NCBI GenBank assembly: GCA_947302825.1
Contig: CAMYWP010000001.1
Span: forward strand, 1-61,038
Reading direction: 5' to 3'
Source: an uncultured Bacteroidales bacterium
GTDB taxonomy: Bacteria; Bacteroidota; Bacteroidia; Bacteroidales; UBA932
Length of the DNA stretch: 61,038 nt
The number at the start of each line of letters is the position of its first letter. The first letter of the stretch is position 1. Positions 1-10,108 of this stretch are shown piece by piece. The notes beneath the pieces were generated by a model. It did not search any database and was not told where the DNA came from. It was given only the letters and a program-made list of their open reading frames with translations. Made by a program: the position numbers and the translations under genes.

Positions 1-1
1 C

Positions 2-541
2 AAGGATATCCTGAACAACTTCATTTACGGTATCCAGCTCATGGGCGGCCGCCTGATGGTGGGCGACTGGATCGAGTGCGACGGCGTGCGTGGACGCGTG
101 GTAGCCATCAACTACCAGTGCGTGGTGGTGGAAACCCTGGACGGAACGGAAATGTCCTTCCTGAACGCCGCCCTCTTCGGCAAGAACTTCAACAACCTCA
201 CCCGCAACAACTCTTACGAATTCACCAAGATCATTTGCGGCGTGGCCTATGGGACCGATGTCAAGAAAGTACGTGAGGTGCTGCAGGAGGCTATGAAACA
301 AGTGCAGACCAAGGACCGTTACGGCCGGGATATCGTGGAGCCCAAGTATGGCTTTAACGTGGTAGTGGCCGATATGGCCGACAGTTCCGTCAATATTGCC
401 GTGAAACAATATGTGCTGGTGGCCGAAAGGATCGGCTACATTGACCGTGCCAAGGAGGTGATTTACGAAGCCCTGAACAATGCCGGCATCACCATCCCGT
501 TCCCGCAGTGCGATGTACACCTGATTCACGATGAAAAGTAA
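2..541 (+). CDS. Mechanosensitive channel MscS-family protein, C-terminal part (5' end lies outside the window)
   Basis: Frame is open from base 2 (KDILNNFIYGIQLMGGRL). VGDWIECDGVRGRV, GVAYGTD and GITIPFPQ motifs are typical of the MscS cytoplasmic domains. Confidence 0.85.
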   Translation, partial: KDILNNFIYGIQLMGGRLMVGDWIECDGVRGRVVAINYQCVVVETLDGTEMSFLNAALFGKNFNNLTRNNSYEFTKIICGVAYGTDVKKVREVLQEAMKQVQTKDRYGRDIVEPKYGFNVVVADMADSSVNIAVKQYVLVAERIGYIDRAKEVIYEALNNAGITIPFPQCDVHLIHDEK

Positions 542-2327
542 GATTCTCTGTCTGGTCCTTTTGCTCTGCTGCGTCCCGCTACGGGCGCAGTGGAGCGGCA
601 GTGTGGATTTATCGGCCGGTCTGGGCGGCATGGAAGGCAGCCTCATTACCGATGACAAACCCATGTTCCACGGACTCACGCAAGGGAAGTTCCAGCTGAA
701 TTACAAGAAAGAAAAGTTCAGTTGGATCACCACCGTGGATGGCAAATGGGAACCCAAGACCACGGACAACGCCCGTATGGCCTATAAAAACGGGAAGCTG
801 AACATCACCTACAAGGCGGCTCGCACCCAACCCCTTTCCACCAGCATTAAATCGGATTTTATTTGGACGCCGGATTCCCGCAGGAATTATAACACCTGGA
901 TTCTGTACCAGTATAAGAACGACAGGGCACAGAACCACTCCATGACGTTCGACGGCAGCGTGGAGGAGATGGAAAACATGTCCTATTATTATGAGATCCC
1001 CAAAATGAACGAGCACAAGCTGGAGACCGGGCTCAAGACCTTCCGCAGTTTCGACTCGGGACGCAGTATCCTGCGCAGTTCCCTTAAACTCCAGGCCGTG
1101 GGCAGCGACAGGATCAATACCTGGATCGTGTTCAAAACGGGAGATCCTACCGGAAGCGGCACGGCTGTGGATATCGAGGACATTTCCGGTTATGGATGGA
1201 AATACAGGATTACGCCCCAGAGCTATGATTTCGACATAGATGGGGACATCCATTGGCAGCGAACCCTTCGCGACGATGAGATCAACTTGAAAATCTCCCC
1301 TGGCGGCCGCCTTGCCGTCCGGCACTCCCTGGACGAAAACAGCGGTGCCACCCGCATCAATGTTTCCCTGGAGGAGGAAGAGGAAATCTGGCGGGACTCC
1401 ACCCGTCTGAGGGAAAGTTTCAATTACCTGAGCCTGTGGGCGGAGCCCTATTTTACGGCCGATTTCCGCTGGAAAAGCCTGGAGGCGCACGCCGATTATG
1501 CCGCCCAGGTGTACGGCCGCAGGCTGAACGATGAAACCCATAAACAGCCGCTGAACATAAAGGGTGTGTATCCGGTGGGGAAAGCCCACGTGAAGTGGAC
1601 CATTTCTCCCGTCCATTCCCTCACCCTTTCCAACCAGATGAGCGTCAGCCATCCGGACTATCTGAAAATTTGCTGGTACGACCGCTCCGCCGGCTATCTG
1701 GATCAGCTGTACCGGGGCAACGAAGGACTCAGGTCCCCCCAGACACGGCAGTATACGCTCAATTATGAACTCAAGTACAAGCGTTTCATTTCAAAAACAG
1801 GGGTGGGCTACAAGCGTGTAGTGGATGAAATTGACCAGACCTGGACCAACGAAGAGATCGATGGGCGTCAGTACAAGGTGTTCAAATGGCTCAATTCGGC
1901 CAGCAGCCACTCTCTGGGACTTTCGGAAAACCTGGGTTGGCGCGGAAAGATCATCACGGCCAATCTGGGCATCACCTACAACCAGTCGCGCCGTATCGCC
2001 AATAGCAACGGCGCCATCAAGAATAGCTTCGACTGGAAGCTGACCGGCGATATCTCTGCCAACCTGGGCAAAGGCTGGACCATGGGACTCAACGCCAAGT
2101 ACCAGAGTAAGGTGGCCACTTTCTTCACCATCTTCAAACAATATTGCGAACTTAACGCCCGAGTCCAGAAGGATTTCAAGCGCTTCTCGCTATATCTGGA
2201 AGGCCGCGACCTGCTGGATACGCCCAGGGAAAGCAGTTTCGAATCGGAAGAGACGCAGGAATTCTGGATAGAGGAAGTGCGTAGCAACCGCCGGTTCTTC
2301 ATCATCGGCGCCAAGTGGAAATTCTAA
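531..2327 (+). CDS. Putative outer-membrane beta-barrel protein
   Basis: Signal peptide (MKSKILCLVLLLCCVPLRAQ), alternating amphipathic strands and a C-terminal ...IIGAKWKF aromatic signature. Confidence 0.65.
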   Translation: MKSKILCLVLLLCCVPLRAQWSGSVDLSAGLGGMEGSLITDDKPMFHGLTQGKFQLNYKKEKFSWITTVDGKWEPKTTDNARMAYKNGKLNITYKAARTQPLSTSIKSDFIWTPDSRRNYNTWILYQYKNDRAQNHSMTFDGSVEEMENMSYYYEIPKMNEHKLETGLKTFRSFDSGRSILRSSLKLQAVGSDRINTWIVFKTGDPTGSGTAVDIEDISGYGWKYRITPQSYDFDIDGDIHWQRTLRDDEINLKISPGGRLAVRHSLDENSGATRINVSLEEEEEIWRDSTRLRESFNYLSLWAEPYFTADFRWKSLEAHADYAAQVYGRRLNDETHKQPLNIKGVYPVGKAHVKWTISPVHSLTLSNQMSVSHPDYLKICWYDRSAGYLDQLYRGNEGLRSPQTRQYTLNYELKYKRFISKTGVGYKRVVDEIDQTWTNEEIDGRQYKVFKWLNSASSHSLGLSENLGWRGKIITANLGITYNQSRRIANSNGAIKNSFDWKLTGDISANLGKGWTMGLNAKYQSKVATFFTIFKQYCELNARVQKDFKRFSLYLEGRDLLDTPRESSFESEETQEFWIEEVRSNRRFFIIGAKWKF

Positions 2328-2340
2328 TAACCTCCCCAAT

Positions 2341-3789
2341 ATGATCAACATTCAGGAAGAAGCTGCCCGTTGCCTGTTTTGCGCCGATGCGCCGTGCAGC
2401 AAGGCCTGTAAGAAAGGAGACCCGGCCAGAGCCGTCCGGGCCGTCCGCTTTGGCAACGAAGCCATAGCGCGCCAATGGGTGGAAAAGGCCGATGAGGCCG
2501 ATCTGGAAGCCGCCGAAAAGGCCTGCATCCACTACGATTATCCCATCCGTATCCGGGAAATGGTCCGGGCTCTGCCGCCGGTATCGGCCAATAGCCAGAA
2601 ACCTTCCCTGGCCATCGATTTCTGCGGCTTCCGCTGCGAGAACCCCTTCTTCCTGGCATCATCGGCCGTTTGTACCAATTATGATATGGTAGCGCGGGCC
2701 CTGGAGGCCAGCTGGGGCGGTGTGTTCTACAAAACCATCTGCCTGCAGGAAATCCGGGAAGTGTCTCCACGCTTCGACGCCGTATATAAGACGGGCAACC
2801 GCGGGGAAATCATCGGCTTCCGCAATATGGAGCAGCTGAGTGAGAATCCGGTGGCCACGGACTTTGAAATCCTGAAGCAGCTCAAGCAGAATTTCCCCAA
2901 CAAAATGATCGTGGCCTCCATCATGGGCCAGACGGAGGAAGACTGGGAGCTGCTGGCCAAGATGGCCGAAGAAGCCGGCTGCGATGCCGTAGAACTCAAT
3001 TTCTCCTGTCCGCAGATGCGTATGACGGGTATGGGCAGCGACGTAGGTCAGGACCCGGAACTGGTTACCTTCTTCACGGCCAATGTCAAGCGAAGCGTCA
3101 AGATCCCCGTGATCCCCAAGATGACGCCCAATATCGCCCACATCTCGGAGCCGGCCATGGCCGCCTACTTTGCTGGCGCCGATGCTATATCGGCCATCAA
3201 CACCATCAAGAGCGTTACCCTGGGAAAGGGTTCCGATGTCAGCGGTTCCCAGACGGGCTCCGGTTATTCCGGCCGGGCCATCAAGCCCATCGCCCTGCGC
3301 CATATCCTGGCCATGGTGAAGAACCCCATGATAAAGAAAATCCAGTACAGCGGCGTGGGCGGCATCGAGACCTGGCGCGACGCCCTGGAATTCATCCAGC
3401 TGGGCTGCCGCAACGTGCAGGTGTGCACGGCCGTAATGCAGTACGGTTATCGCATCATCGAAGACATGATAGCCGGCATGCAGCAGTATATGGCCGATAA
3501 AGGCATGTCCAACCTGGATGAACTGGTGGGTGAGCGCCTGCCTCAATTCTACCTGCCCTCGGATCTGGACCGCGAGACGGTGGTCTATCCCAAGATGGAC
3601 CGGGAAAAGTGCATTGGCTGCGGCCGCTGCTATACTTCCTGCATGGACGGCGGCCACCAGGCCATCTCCTTCGGCGAAGACCGCAAGCCGCACGTAAACG
3701 GCCAGAAATGCGTGGGCTGCCTCCTTTGCCGGCTGGTCTGCCCCGTCGGGGCCATCAGTCCTGCCAAAAGAGTGCCCAGAAAAGATTAG
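2341..3789 (+). CDS. preA: Dihydropyrimidine dehydrogenase PreA-type subunit with an N-terminal Fe-S extension and a C-terminal 2x[4Fe-4S] domain
   Basis: ENPFFLASS, GFRNMEQLS, catalytic ELNFSCP, KMTPN, SAINTI and SGVGGI motifs. CIGCGRC and CVGCLLC ferredoxin motifs. Confidence 0.85.
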   Translation: MINIQEEAARCLFCADAPCSKACKKGDPARAVRAVRFGNEAIARQWVEKADEADLEAAEKACIHYDYPIRIREMVRALPPVSANSQKPSLAIDFCGFRCENPFFLASSAVCTNYDMVARALEASWGGVFYKTICLQEIREVSPRFDAVYKTGNRGEIIGFRNMEQLSENPVATDFEILKQLKQNFPNKMIVASIMGQTEEDWELLAKMAEEAGCDAVELNFSCPQMRMTGMGSDVGQDPELVTFFTANVKRSVKIPVIPKMTPNIAHISEPAMAAYFAGADAISAINTIKSVTLGKGSDVSGSQTGSGYSGRAIKPIALRHILAMVKNPMIKKIQYSGVGGIETWRDALEFIQLGCRNVQVCTAVMQYGYRIIEDMIAGMQQYMADKGMSNLDELVGERLPQFYLPSDLDRETVVYPKMDREKCIGCGRCYTSCMDGGHQAISFGEDRKPHVNGQKCVGCLLCRLVCPVGAISPAKRVPRKD

Positions 3790-3793
3790 CTTC

Positions 3794-5104
3794 TTATTTC
3801 TTCTTAATCAGACAGCACAGGCCCAGGATGGTGAAAGCGGCGTTCAGCGGCAGGAGTTCGTAGCTGAAATGATAGCCGTTAAACCACTGGACGGAGTGCA
3901 GGTCCAGCACCAGGCACAGCAGGGGAGCGGCCAAGGCTACCAACGGTACCCAGCGGTCCCTTACAGGTGCTTTGCAGCACAGGCCGAAAGTGAACAGGCC
4001 CAGGATGGGTCCGTAGGTATAGCTGGCCAGCCGATACACCGCGTCAATCACGGAAGTGTTGTTGAGTGCATTGAAGACCAGGATACAGATGGCCATCAGA
4101 ACGGCCATTCCCGTATGTACCCACGTGCGATGCTGGTCTTTCCCGCCCAATAAATCAATGGTAAACGACGTGGTTAAGGCGGTCAACGCACTTCCACCGG
4201 CCGGAAAGCCCGCCATTACCAGTCCCACGATAAAGAGCGTAGCCACCAAGCCGGAGGCCGGCAGCAGGCCGCTCCAGGTGACTTCCGGGAACAGGGCATC
4301 GCCCTTGGCTTCCAGCCCGTGCAGGCCGGCGAACTGATACAGGTAAACGCCCAGGAAGAGGAAGAGCGTAATGGAAACAATCTGCAACAGGATGGACACC
4401 ATCAGGTTCTTCTGAGAATCGCGTACGTTCTTGCAGGCCAGCGTGCGCTGCATCATGTCCTGGTCCAGGCCCGTAGCCGCCACCACGGTGAACAGGCCGC
4501 CCAGCAGCTGCTTCCAGAAGAACTGCGGATGGTTCACATCGTCAAAGTAGAACACCCGCATGAGGGAGGTGTCCGGCTTGCCCACTTCGCGGCCGATAAG
4601 CACCAGGCACAGGATCACGGCCACCAGCATGGCCACCGTCTTCACAATGTCCAGGCCGATGACCGCCCGCACGCCTCCGCGCACGGTGTACAGCCATTCC
4701 AGCGCCACGATCACCAGCACCGTCACCCAGAAAGGAATGCCCGCCGGGCCGGCCACCAGCAACTGCAAGGTGGCAATCATAAGGAAGAGCCGAACCGAAG
4801 CCCCCAGCATCTTGGAAAGGAAGAAGAACCAGGCGCCGGTCTTGTGTGAAGCCGTGCCGAAACGCTTGGCCAGGTATTCGTACACCGAAACCACATTGAG
4901 CCGGAAATACAGCGGCGTGAGTACGAAGGCGATTACCAGATAGCCCAGGAAAAAGCCCAGGCACATTTGCAGGTAGCCGAAACCCACGCTGCCCACCATA
5001 CCCGGTACCGACACGAAGGTGACGCCCGAAAGGCAGGAGCCGATCATGGCAATAGCTACCTTCCACCACGCCGTGGACCGGGTTGCATAGAAATCTTTAG
5101 CCAT
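3794..5104 (-). CDS. Sodium:solute symporter (SSS family)
   Basis: SGVTFVSVPG, SVYEYLAKRFG and TGLDQDMMQR motifs, with many transmembrane segments. Confidence 0.85.
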   Translation of the reverse strand: MAKDFYATRSTAWWKVAIAMIGSCLSGVTFVSVPGMVGSVGFGYLQMCLGFFLGYLVIAFVLTPLYFRLNVVSVYEYLAKRFGTASHKTGAWFFFLSKMLGASVRLFLMIATLQLLVAGPAGIPFWVTVLVIVALEWLYTVRGGVRAVIGLDIVKTVAMLVAVILCLVLIGREVGKPDTSLMRVFYFDDVNHPQFFWKQLLGGLFTVVAATGLDQDMMQRTLACKNVRDSQKNLMVSILLQIVSITLFLFLGVYLYQFAGLHGLEAKGDALFPEVTWSGLLPASGLVATLFIVGLVMAGFPAGGSALTALTTSFTIDLLGGKDQHRTWVHTGMAVLMAICILVFNALNNTSVIDAVYRLASYTYGPILGLFTFGLCCKAPVRDRWVPLVALAAPLLCLVLDLHSVQWFNGYHFSYELLPLNAAFTILGLCCLIKKK

Positions 5105-5876
5105 TGTTTTTCAAGTTGTCTTTGTGGGCGCGACCCACGGGCAGGGGAGTATCCACTCCCAGCAGGACCACCTGTGTGGCACTGCGCTTGTCAATGCGCC
5201 AGACAGGTACGATATAGGAGCGGTGGATGCGCACGAAACGGCCCTCCGGCAGCTGCGACAGGATGTCTTTCAGGGGAATCTGGGAAACCACGTCGTCGCG
5301 GTTGTCCAGGTGGAAGCAGGCATAATTGTTCCGCCCGGAAATGTACTGGATGGTGGACAGGGGAATGTGGATGGTCTTGTAGCCGGCCTTCACCTGCACT
5401 TCTTCCCCGGTATCGGCCTCTGCGCGGCGGGCTTCCAGCGCTACCCGGGCCTTGCGCTCCGTTTCGCTTTCCGTTTTCTGCTGGTCCATTTCCTTGTACT
5501 GCGCCCGATAGAAGCCCACCGGGATACCGTTGGCGATGGCGGTGAGCAGCAGGACCCACATGGCCCGTTCATGCTGGGCGATTCTCCCGATCACATTCTC
5601 CGCTTCCGGGAATGAGACCGGCGTGAGGCTCATCAGGAAAGTGGCGGCGGCCAGCAGGAACAGGGCGCTGGCCACCGTGAGACCGCCCCGCCAGCCGCGG
5701 TGCAACAGCGGTCCCAGGACCTTGCGGCACAGCAGCCAGACGCCATAGACCCACAGAATGTAAATGGCCACATAGCTAGGATGCCATTGCAGCCATTCTC
5801 CCACGGGGAAAAGGAACATCATCCCCGGCATCAGGATGATGCAGAAGATGATGTCCAGTAAGTAACCGTTCTTCAA
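5097..5876 (-). CDS. Membrane-anchored LytTR-domain transcriptional regulator
   Basis: Hydrophobic N-terminal half. C-terminal IQYISGRNNY...FVRIHRSYIV...LPVGR LytTR signature. TTG start. Confidence 0.75.
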   Translation of the reverse strand: MKNGYLLDIIFCIILMPGMMFLFPVGEWLQWHPSYVAIYILWVYGVWLLCRKVLGPLLHRGWRGGLTVASALFLLAAATFLMSLTPVSFPEAENVIGRIAQHERAMWVLLLTAIANGIPVGFYRAQYKEMDQQKTESETERKARVALEARRAEADTGEEVQVKAGYKTIHIPLSTIQYISGRNNYACFHLDNRDDVVSQIPLKDILSQLPEGRFVRIHRSYIVPVWRIDKRSATQVVLLGVDTPLPVGRAHKDNLKNNG

Positions 5877-5879
5877 GGT

Positions 5880-7517
5880 TTAGAGGGTGTAAGCGGCGAA
5901 CTCGATGTCCTTGGCGGCACGCTCTTTCAGGGCCGGGTTCTTGTAGGCTTTCTCCAGGTTGGATTTGACACCGTCGGCGTCGCCCTGACGGGCGCAGATG
6001 ATGGCTTTCAGGTACTGTACCCGGGGATCCTTGCAGTGGGCGGTGGCAGCAGCCTTCTCCAACTGGTCGGTGAGGATGTAGGCCAGGACGGAGTTGTTGC
6101 AGCAGCCCTTCGGGTCTTTGAGCACCTGGGCGGCTTCCTCATACTGTCCGGTGAGGATGAGCACAATGCCCAGATTGGCCTTGGCGTCGTCGGTGCCGGC
6201 TTTGCGGAAGGCTTGCTCGGCGGCCTTGTAATCTTCCTTGTGGAGGGCGATCACACCCTTGGCGTTGATCACGTCCGGATCCGCGGCGTTGAGTTCGCTC
6301 AAACCGGCTTCGGCCTTGGCGTCCTTGCCTTGTGCCAGATACAGGGCGGCCAGGTTGAATTTGGCACGCTCGCTGTTAAACTTGTTGATGGCCTTCTTGT
6401 AGATTTCTTCCTTCTGATCGTTGCTGCGTACCAGGGAAGCAACACGCAGGAGGGCTTCCTCGTCCAGGAGGGACTCGTTGTTCTTCAGGAGGTCCAGGAG
6501 TTCTTCGTTGGTGTAGTTCTTGAATTCCACGTTGGCGATGAGGCGGGCACGGCGCAGTTCCGGCAGCACTTCGCCCTTGAGGGCGGTAAACACCTGGGAC
6601 ATGTTGCGGATTTCGTTCTCACGTACGGCAGGGTCTGAGTACATGCTCAAAACGCGCAGGATCAGGTCTTTGTCTTCCAGGTTGCTCTGGGAAACCAGCT
6701 GCTGGAAGCCTTCCCAGTCTTCGCCCACGCTGCGGACGGTGGGATCGGCGGCTTCGTGGCCCTTGGTCACTTTGTCCCAAGCCTTGGAGGCCGATGCGGA
6801 ACGTTTGTCGGACAGCTGTTCGTTCTTGTCCAGGGCGCCGTCCGGGGAGGCATAGGCCACGATTTCGGTGCTGGTGACATTGGTGCGTTCATCGGCGGCA
6901 ATCTTGTCCAGGGCGGCCAGGAAATCCTTCACGGACTCACCCTTCAGCTCTGAATTGCGCACATCCGAGCTGTTGATCAGGTATTTGATCTGGCCTTCGG
7001 TGGTGCTGGAGATCACTTCCTGGTAGTTGTCGGCCTTGGGAGTTACGGTGCCGGCATCCTTCACCAGCATGTAGGTGGTGTTGGCGCCATCGGCCACTTT
7101 CTTGGTGGGCAGGTTCACGGTCTTTTTACCGGCAATCACCTTGCCGCGGAGCTCCAGATAGCTCTTCTCCATGCCTTCCACATAGTCGAAGTGGATTTTT
7201 TCGGTGACTTTCTGTCCCTTGGAAGAGATTACTTTGTAATTGTCCTTCACTTTTTCGCCCTGATATTTGAAGGGCTTCATGGCGGCTTCGCCTCCTTCAT
7301 ACACAATCACGGGAGTTACCTCCATGATCACCTTGGGATTGAAGTAATCCTCAGGGTAGGTGACACTGACGGTGGCGTCGATGGTGCCGTTTACCACCTC
7401 CAGGACGGCGGGATTGCAGCTGACTTTAACATTTTCGGCCATCTTGGCCATTTTCTCGGGGGAGGCGCAGGCTACTGCCAGTACGCCGGCGAGGAAGAAG
7501 AATAAGGTTTTTTTCAT
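5880..7517 (-). CDS. TPR-containing lipoprotein (Bacteroidales conserved type)
   Basis: ATG at 7517 gives a lipoprotein signal (MKKTLFFFLAGVLAVAC). Central YASPDG...N..LS..R...GEDWEGF segment and C-terminal TPR-like helices. Confidence 0.7.
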   Translation of the reverse strand: MKKTLFFFLAGVLAVACASPEKMAKMAENVKVSCNPAVLEVVNGTIDATVSVTYPEDYFNPKVIMEVTPVIVYEGGEAAMKPFKYQGEKVKDNYKVISSKGQKVTEKIHFDYVEGMEKSYLELRGKVIAGKKTVNLPTKKVADGANTTYMLVKDAGTVTPKADNYQEVISSTTEGQIKYLINSSDVRNSELKGESVKDFLAALDKIAADERTNVTSTEIVAYASPDGALDKNEQLSDKRSASASKAWDKVTKGHEAADPTVRSVGEDWEGFQQLVSQSNLEDKDLILRVLSMYSDPAVRENEIRNMSQVFTALKGEVLPELRRARLIANVEFKNYTNEELLDLLKNNESLLDEEALLRVASLVRSNDQKEEIYKKAINKFNSERAKFNLAALYLAQGKDAKAEAGLSELNAADPDVINAKGVIALHKEDYKAAEQAFRKAGTDDAKANLGIVLILTGQYEEAAQVLKDPKGCCNNSVLAYILTDQLEKAAATAHCKDPRVQYLKAIICARQGDADGVKSNLEKAYKNPALKERAAKDIEFAAYTL

Positions 7518-7553
7518 AAAAGAGTGTGTAATAATTGTCATTTCCTTATTTCG

Positions 7554-7561
7554 CAAATATA
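7554..7561 (-). promoter_or_regulatory. Bacteroidetes -7 promoter box (TATATTTG) for the TPR lipoprotein gene
   Basis: Matches TAnnTTTG on the minus strand, 36 nt upstream of the ATG at 7517. Confidence 0.55.
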
Positions 7562-7620
7562 CACAATTCAAAAATAATTCCCAATTTTGTAAAGATAAAA
7601 AGTGACTCAAAATTCATCCT

Positions 7621-10104
7621 ATGCTTAAACGGCTTTTTCCTATCCTTTCTATGTTTGTCATAGCCTGCGGACCGGTGGAAACAGTCGGCCCCCTGACCCA
7701 TTGGACCCTGCAGCAGGAGGGCTCTTCCACCTGTTATGAAGTGACCGTCCCCTGTACGGTGGCCGGCGCCTTGAATGAGGCCGGCATCTTTGGGCAGGAT
7801 ATCCTGGAACAGGACCGCTACAAACAGCTGGACCGGACACCCTTCGACACGCCCTGGGTATTTACCACCCATTTCCGGGCCGATAAAGGCAAATCCCACG
7901 TCCTGCGCTTCGACGGTCTGAATTTCTATGCCGACATAGAACTGAACGGCGTTAAAATCGCATCGGCCGATACCACTTTCGGCGCCTTCTGCGTCCGGGA
8001 ATTCGACATTACGGCCCTGGCCCAGCGGGAGAATACGCTCAAAGTAACCCTCCGGCGTGCTCAGCCCGGCGACCTGAACCACGGCTTCGTGGACTGGAAC
8101 CCCCGTCCGCTGGACGAAAGCATGGGCATCCTGCGGCCGGTGACCCTCATTTCCACGCCCGACGTGCAGGTGCAGGACGTCTTCGTGAAGCCCCTGGTGG
8201 ATCCCGCCAACCTTTCGCAGGCAAAACTGGAAATCACCGTTGCCCTCGTGAACCGCAGCGCCGCGCCGGTGGAAGGCGTGCTGAACGGTAAGTACGACAG
8301 CGGCGCTTTCTCCATCCCCGTCCAACTGGCAGCCGGCGAACCCCGGACGCTTACCGTGGTGGAAACCGTAGAAAGCCCCCGCATCTGGTGGACCCGCGAA
8401 ATGGGCTCGCCCGAAATGTACCATCTGGACGTTGCGTTTGAAAAAGACGGCCGCGCGAGCCACAGCAAGGGCGTGGATTTCGGTATCCGCAGCATTGAAG
8501 GAATAGTAGACGCAGAAGGCCACCGCCAGTTCATCCTGAACGGCAAGGAAGTGCTCATCAAGGCGGGTGGCTGGACCGATGACATCTTCTTCCAGGATAC
8601 GCCCGAAAGCGTGAAGGCCCAAATGGACCTGGTCTGCGACATGGGCCTGAACTGCATCCGCTTCGAAAACATCTGGAGCAAAGACGATTACATCTACGAC
8701 CTCTGCGACAAAATGGGCATCTTGGCCCTGGTGGGCTGGAGCTGCCAATGGGAGTGGGAAGACTATTGTGGCCTGCCGGAAACCCCGGGCTACGGCTGCA
8801 TCAACGACCCCCGCAGCGAGGCCCAGGCCGTACGCTATTTCCACGACCAGGTGATCCGCCTGCGCAACCACCCATCCCTTATCGGCTGGCTCACCGGCAG
8901 CGACCGCACCCCCAATCCCCGCCTGGAAGAGCAGTACCTGGCCCTGTATGAAAAGCTGGATTATCGGCCTTATGTATGCTCTGCCAAGGGGCTCACCAGC
9001 CTGGCCGGCCCTTCCGGCATGAAGATGGAAGGTCCCTACGAGTATGTGGGTCCCGACTATTGGTACCTGGACAAGAATAACGGTGGCGCCTTCGGATTTA
9101 ACACCGAAACAGGCCCCGGCCTCAGCCTCCCGCAGCTGGAAAGCCTGCGCCGCATGGTGGGCGAAAAAGACCTCTGGCCCATCGGCCCCAACTGGGCCTA
9201 CCACTGCACGGCATCGGCCACCCACATGAACAACACCTCCTTCCTGGACAAGGTGATGGAAGGCATTTATGGCAAGGCCGATAACCTGAACGACTATGTG
9301 CGCAAGGCCCACGCGCTGGACTACGACGCGGAGCGAGCCATGTTCGAGGCCTTCCGCTGCAACCTGCCCCATACCACCGGCATCGTGCAATGGATGCTCA
9401 ACAGCGCCTGGCCCAGCCTCTATTGGCAGCTCTACGACTGGTACGGCATCCCCACCGCCGGCTATTACGGTGTGAAAAAGGCCCTGCGTCCGGTCCAGTT
9501 GGTCTATAATCATGCCGATGCCTGCGTATACGCCGTGAACGACGCCGTGGAGCAGGCCACGCTCACGGCCAGCCTGAAGGTGTACGATACCCAGTCCCGC
9601 CTGGTACGGGAAGAGACCCGGGTGATTGAAAGCCGGGCCCGGGAACCGCAGAAGGTGTTCGCAGACATTCCCGGTCCGGGCTACGTTTATCTGGAACTGC
9701 GTTCCCAGGACAATCCGGAACTGGAGACCAATAACTTCTACACCCTTTCGGATAGGCACAATACCTACGACTGGAAGAAATCCGACTGGTGGGGCATCCC
9801 CCTGCTGGACTATGCTCCGCTCACGTTTGTATGTCAGCTTCCTCCGGTCCGGCTTTCCATGGAAACGAAGCGGACGGAACGCGGTTACGAGATAACACTT
9901 ACCAATCAGGCCGATGCACTGGCCTATCAAAACATCCTCAAGGCGCTGGATGCCCAGGGAAACCTGATTCCGGGAGCCCTGTGGAGCGACAATTTCGTCA
10001 CGCTCCTTCCCGGGGAAAGCCGCACTGTGCAGTGCGTGCTGCCGGAAGGCGTGGAGCCGGCCCGGATCGGCCTGGAGGGATGGAATGGACAAGTAGAAAA
10101 ATAA
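7621..10104 (+). CDS. Glycoside hydrolase family 2, exo-beta-D-glucosaminidase/beta-mannosidase-like lipoprotein
   Basis: LRFDGLNFYA, FGIRSI, IRLRNHPSLIGWLTGSD and GFNTETGPG motifs. Lipobox VIAC. Confidence 0.8.
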   Translation: MLKRLFPILSMFVIACGPVETVGPLTHWTLQQEGSSTCYEVTVPCTVAGALNEAGIFGQDILEQDRYKQLDRTPFDTPWVFTTHFRADKGKSHVLRFDGLNFYADIELNGVKIASADTTFGAFCVREFDITALAQRENTLKVTLRRAQPGDLNHGFVDWNPRPLDESMGILRPVTLISTPDVQVQDVFVKPLVDPANLSQAKLEITVALVNRSAAPVEGVLNGKYDSGAFSIPVQLAAGEPRTLTVVETVESPRIWWTREMGSPEMYHLDVAFEKDGRASHSKGVDFGIRSIEGIVDAEGHRQFILNGKEVLIKAGGWTDDIFFQDTPESVKAQMDLVCDMGLNCIRFENIWSKDDYIYDLCDKMGILALVGWSCQWEWEDYCGLPETPGYGCINDPRSEAQAVRYFHDQVIRLRNHPSLIGWLTGSDRTPNPRLEEQYLALYEKLDYRPYVCSAKGLTSLAGPSGMKMEGPYEYVGPDYWYLDKNNGGAFGFNTETGPGLSLPQLESLRRMVGEKDLWPIGPNWAYHCTASATHMNNTSFLDKVMEGIYGKADNLNDYVRKAHALDYDAERAMFEAFRCNLPHTTGIVQWMLNSAWPSLYWQLYDWYGIPTAGYYGVKKALRPVQLVYNHADACVYAVNDAVEQATLTASLKVYDTQSRLVREETRVIESRAREPQKVFADIPGPGYVYLELRSQDNPELETNNFYTLSDRHNTYDWKKSDWWGIPLLDYAPLTFVCQLPPVRLSMETKRTERGYEITLTNQADALAYQNILKALDAQGNLIPGALWSDNFVTLLPGESRTVQCVLPEGVEPARIGLEGWNGQVEK

Positions 10105-10108
10105 AGAG

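Noticed and set aside
7518..7610. Longer N-termini offered by the ORF track (7610, also 19434, 25605, 32080, 38502 and 50345)
   Set aside because: Downstream ATGs give clean signal peptides or family-typical starts, and most of the extensions run through promoter boxes.
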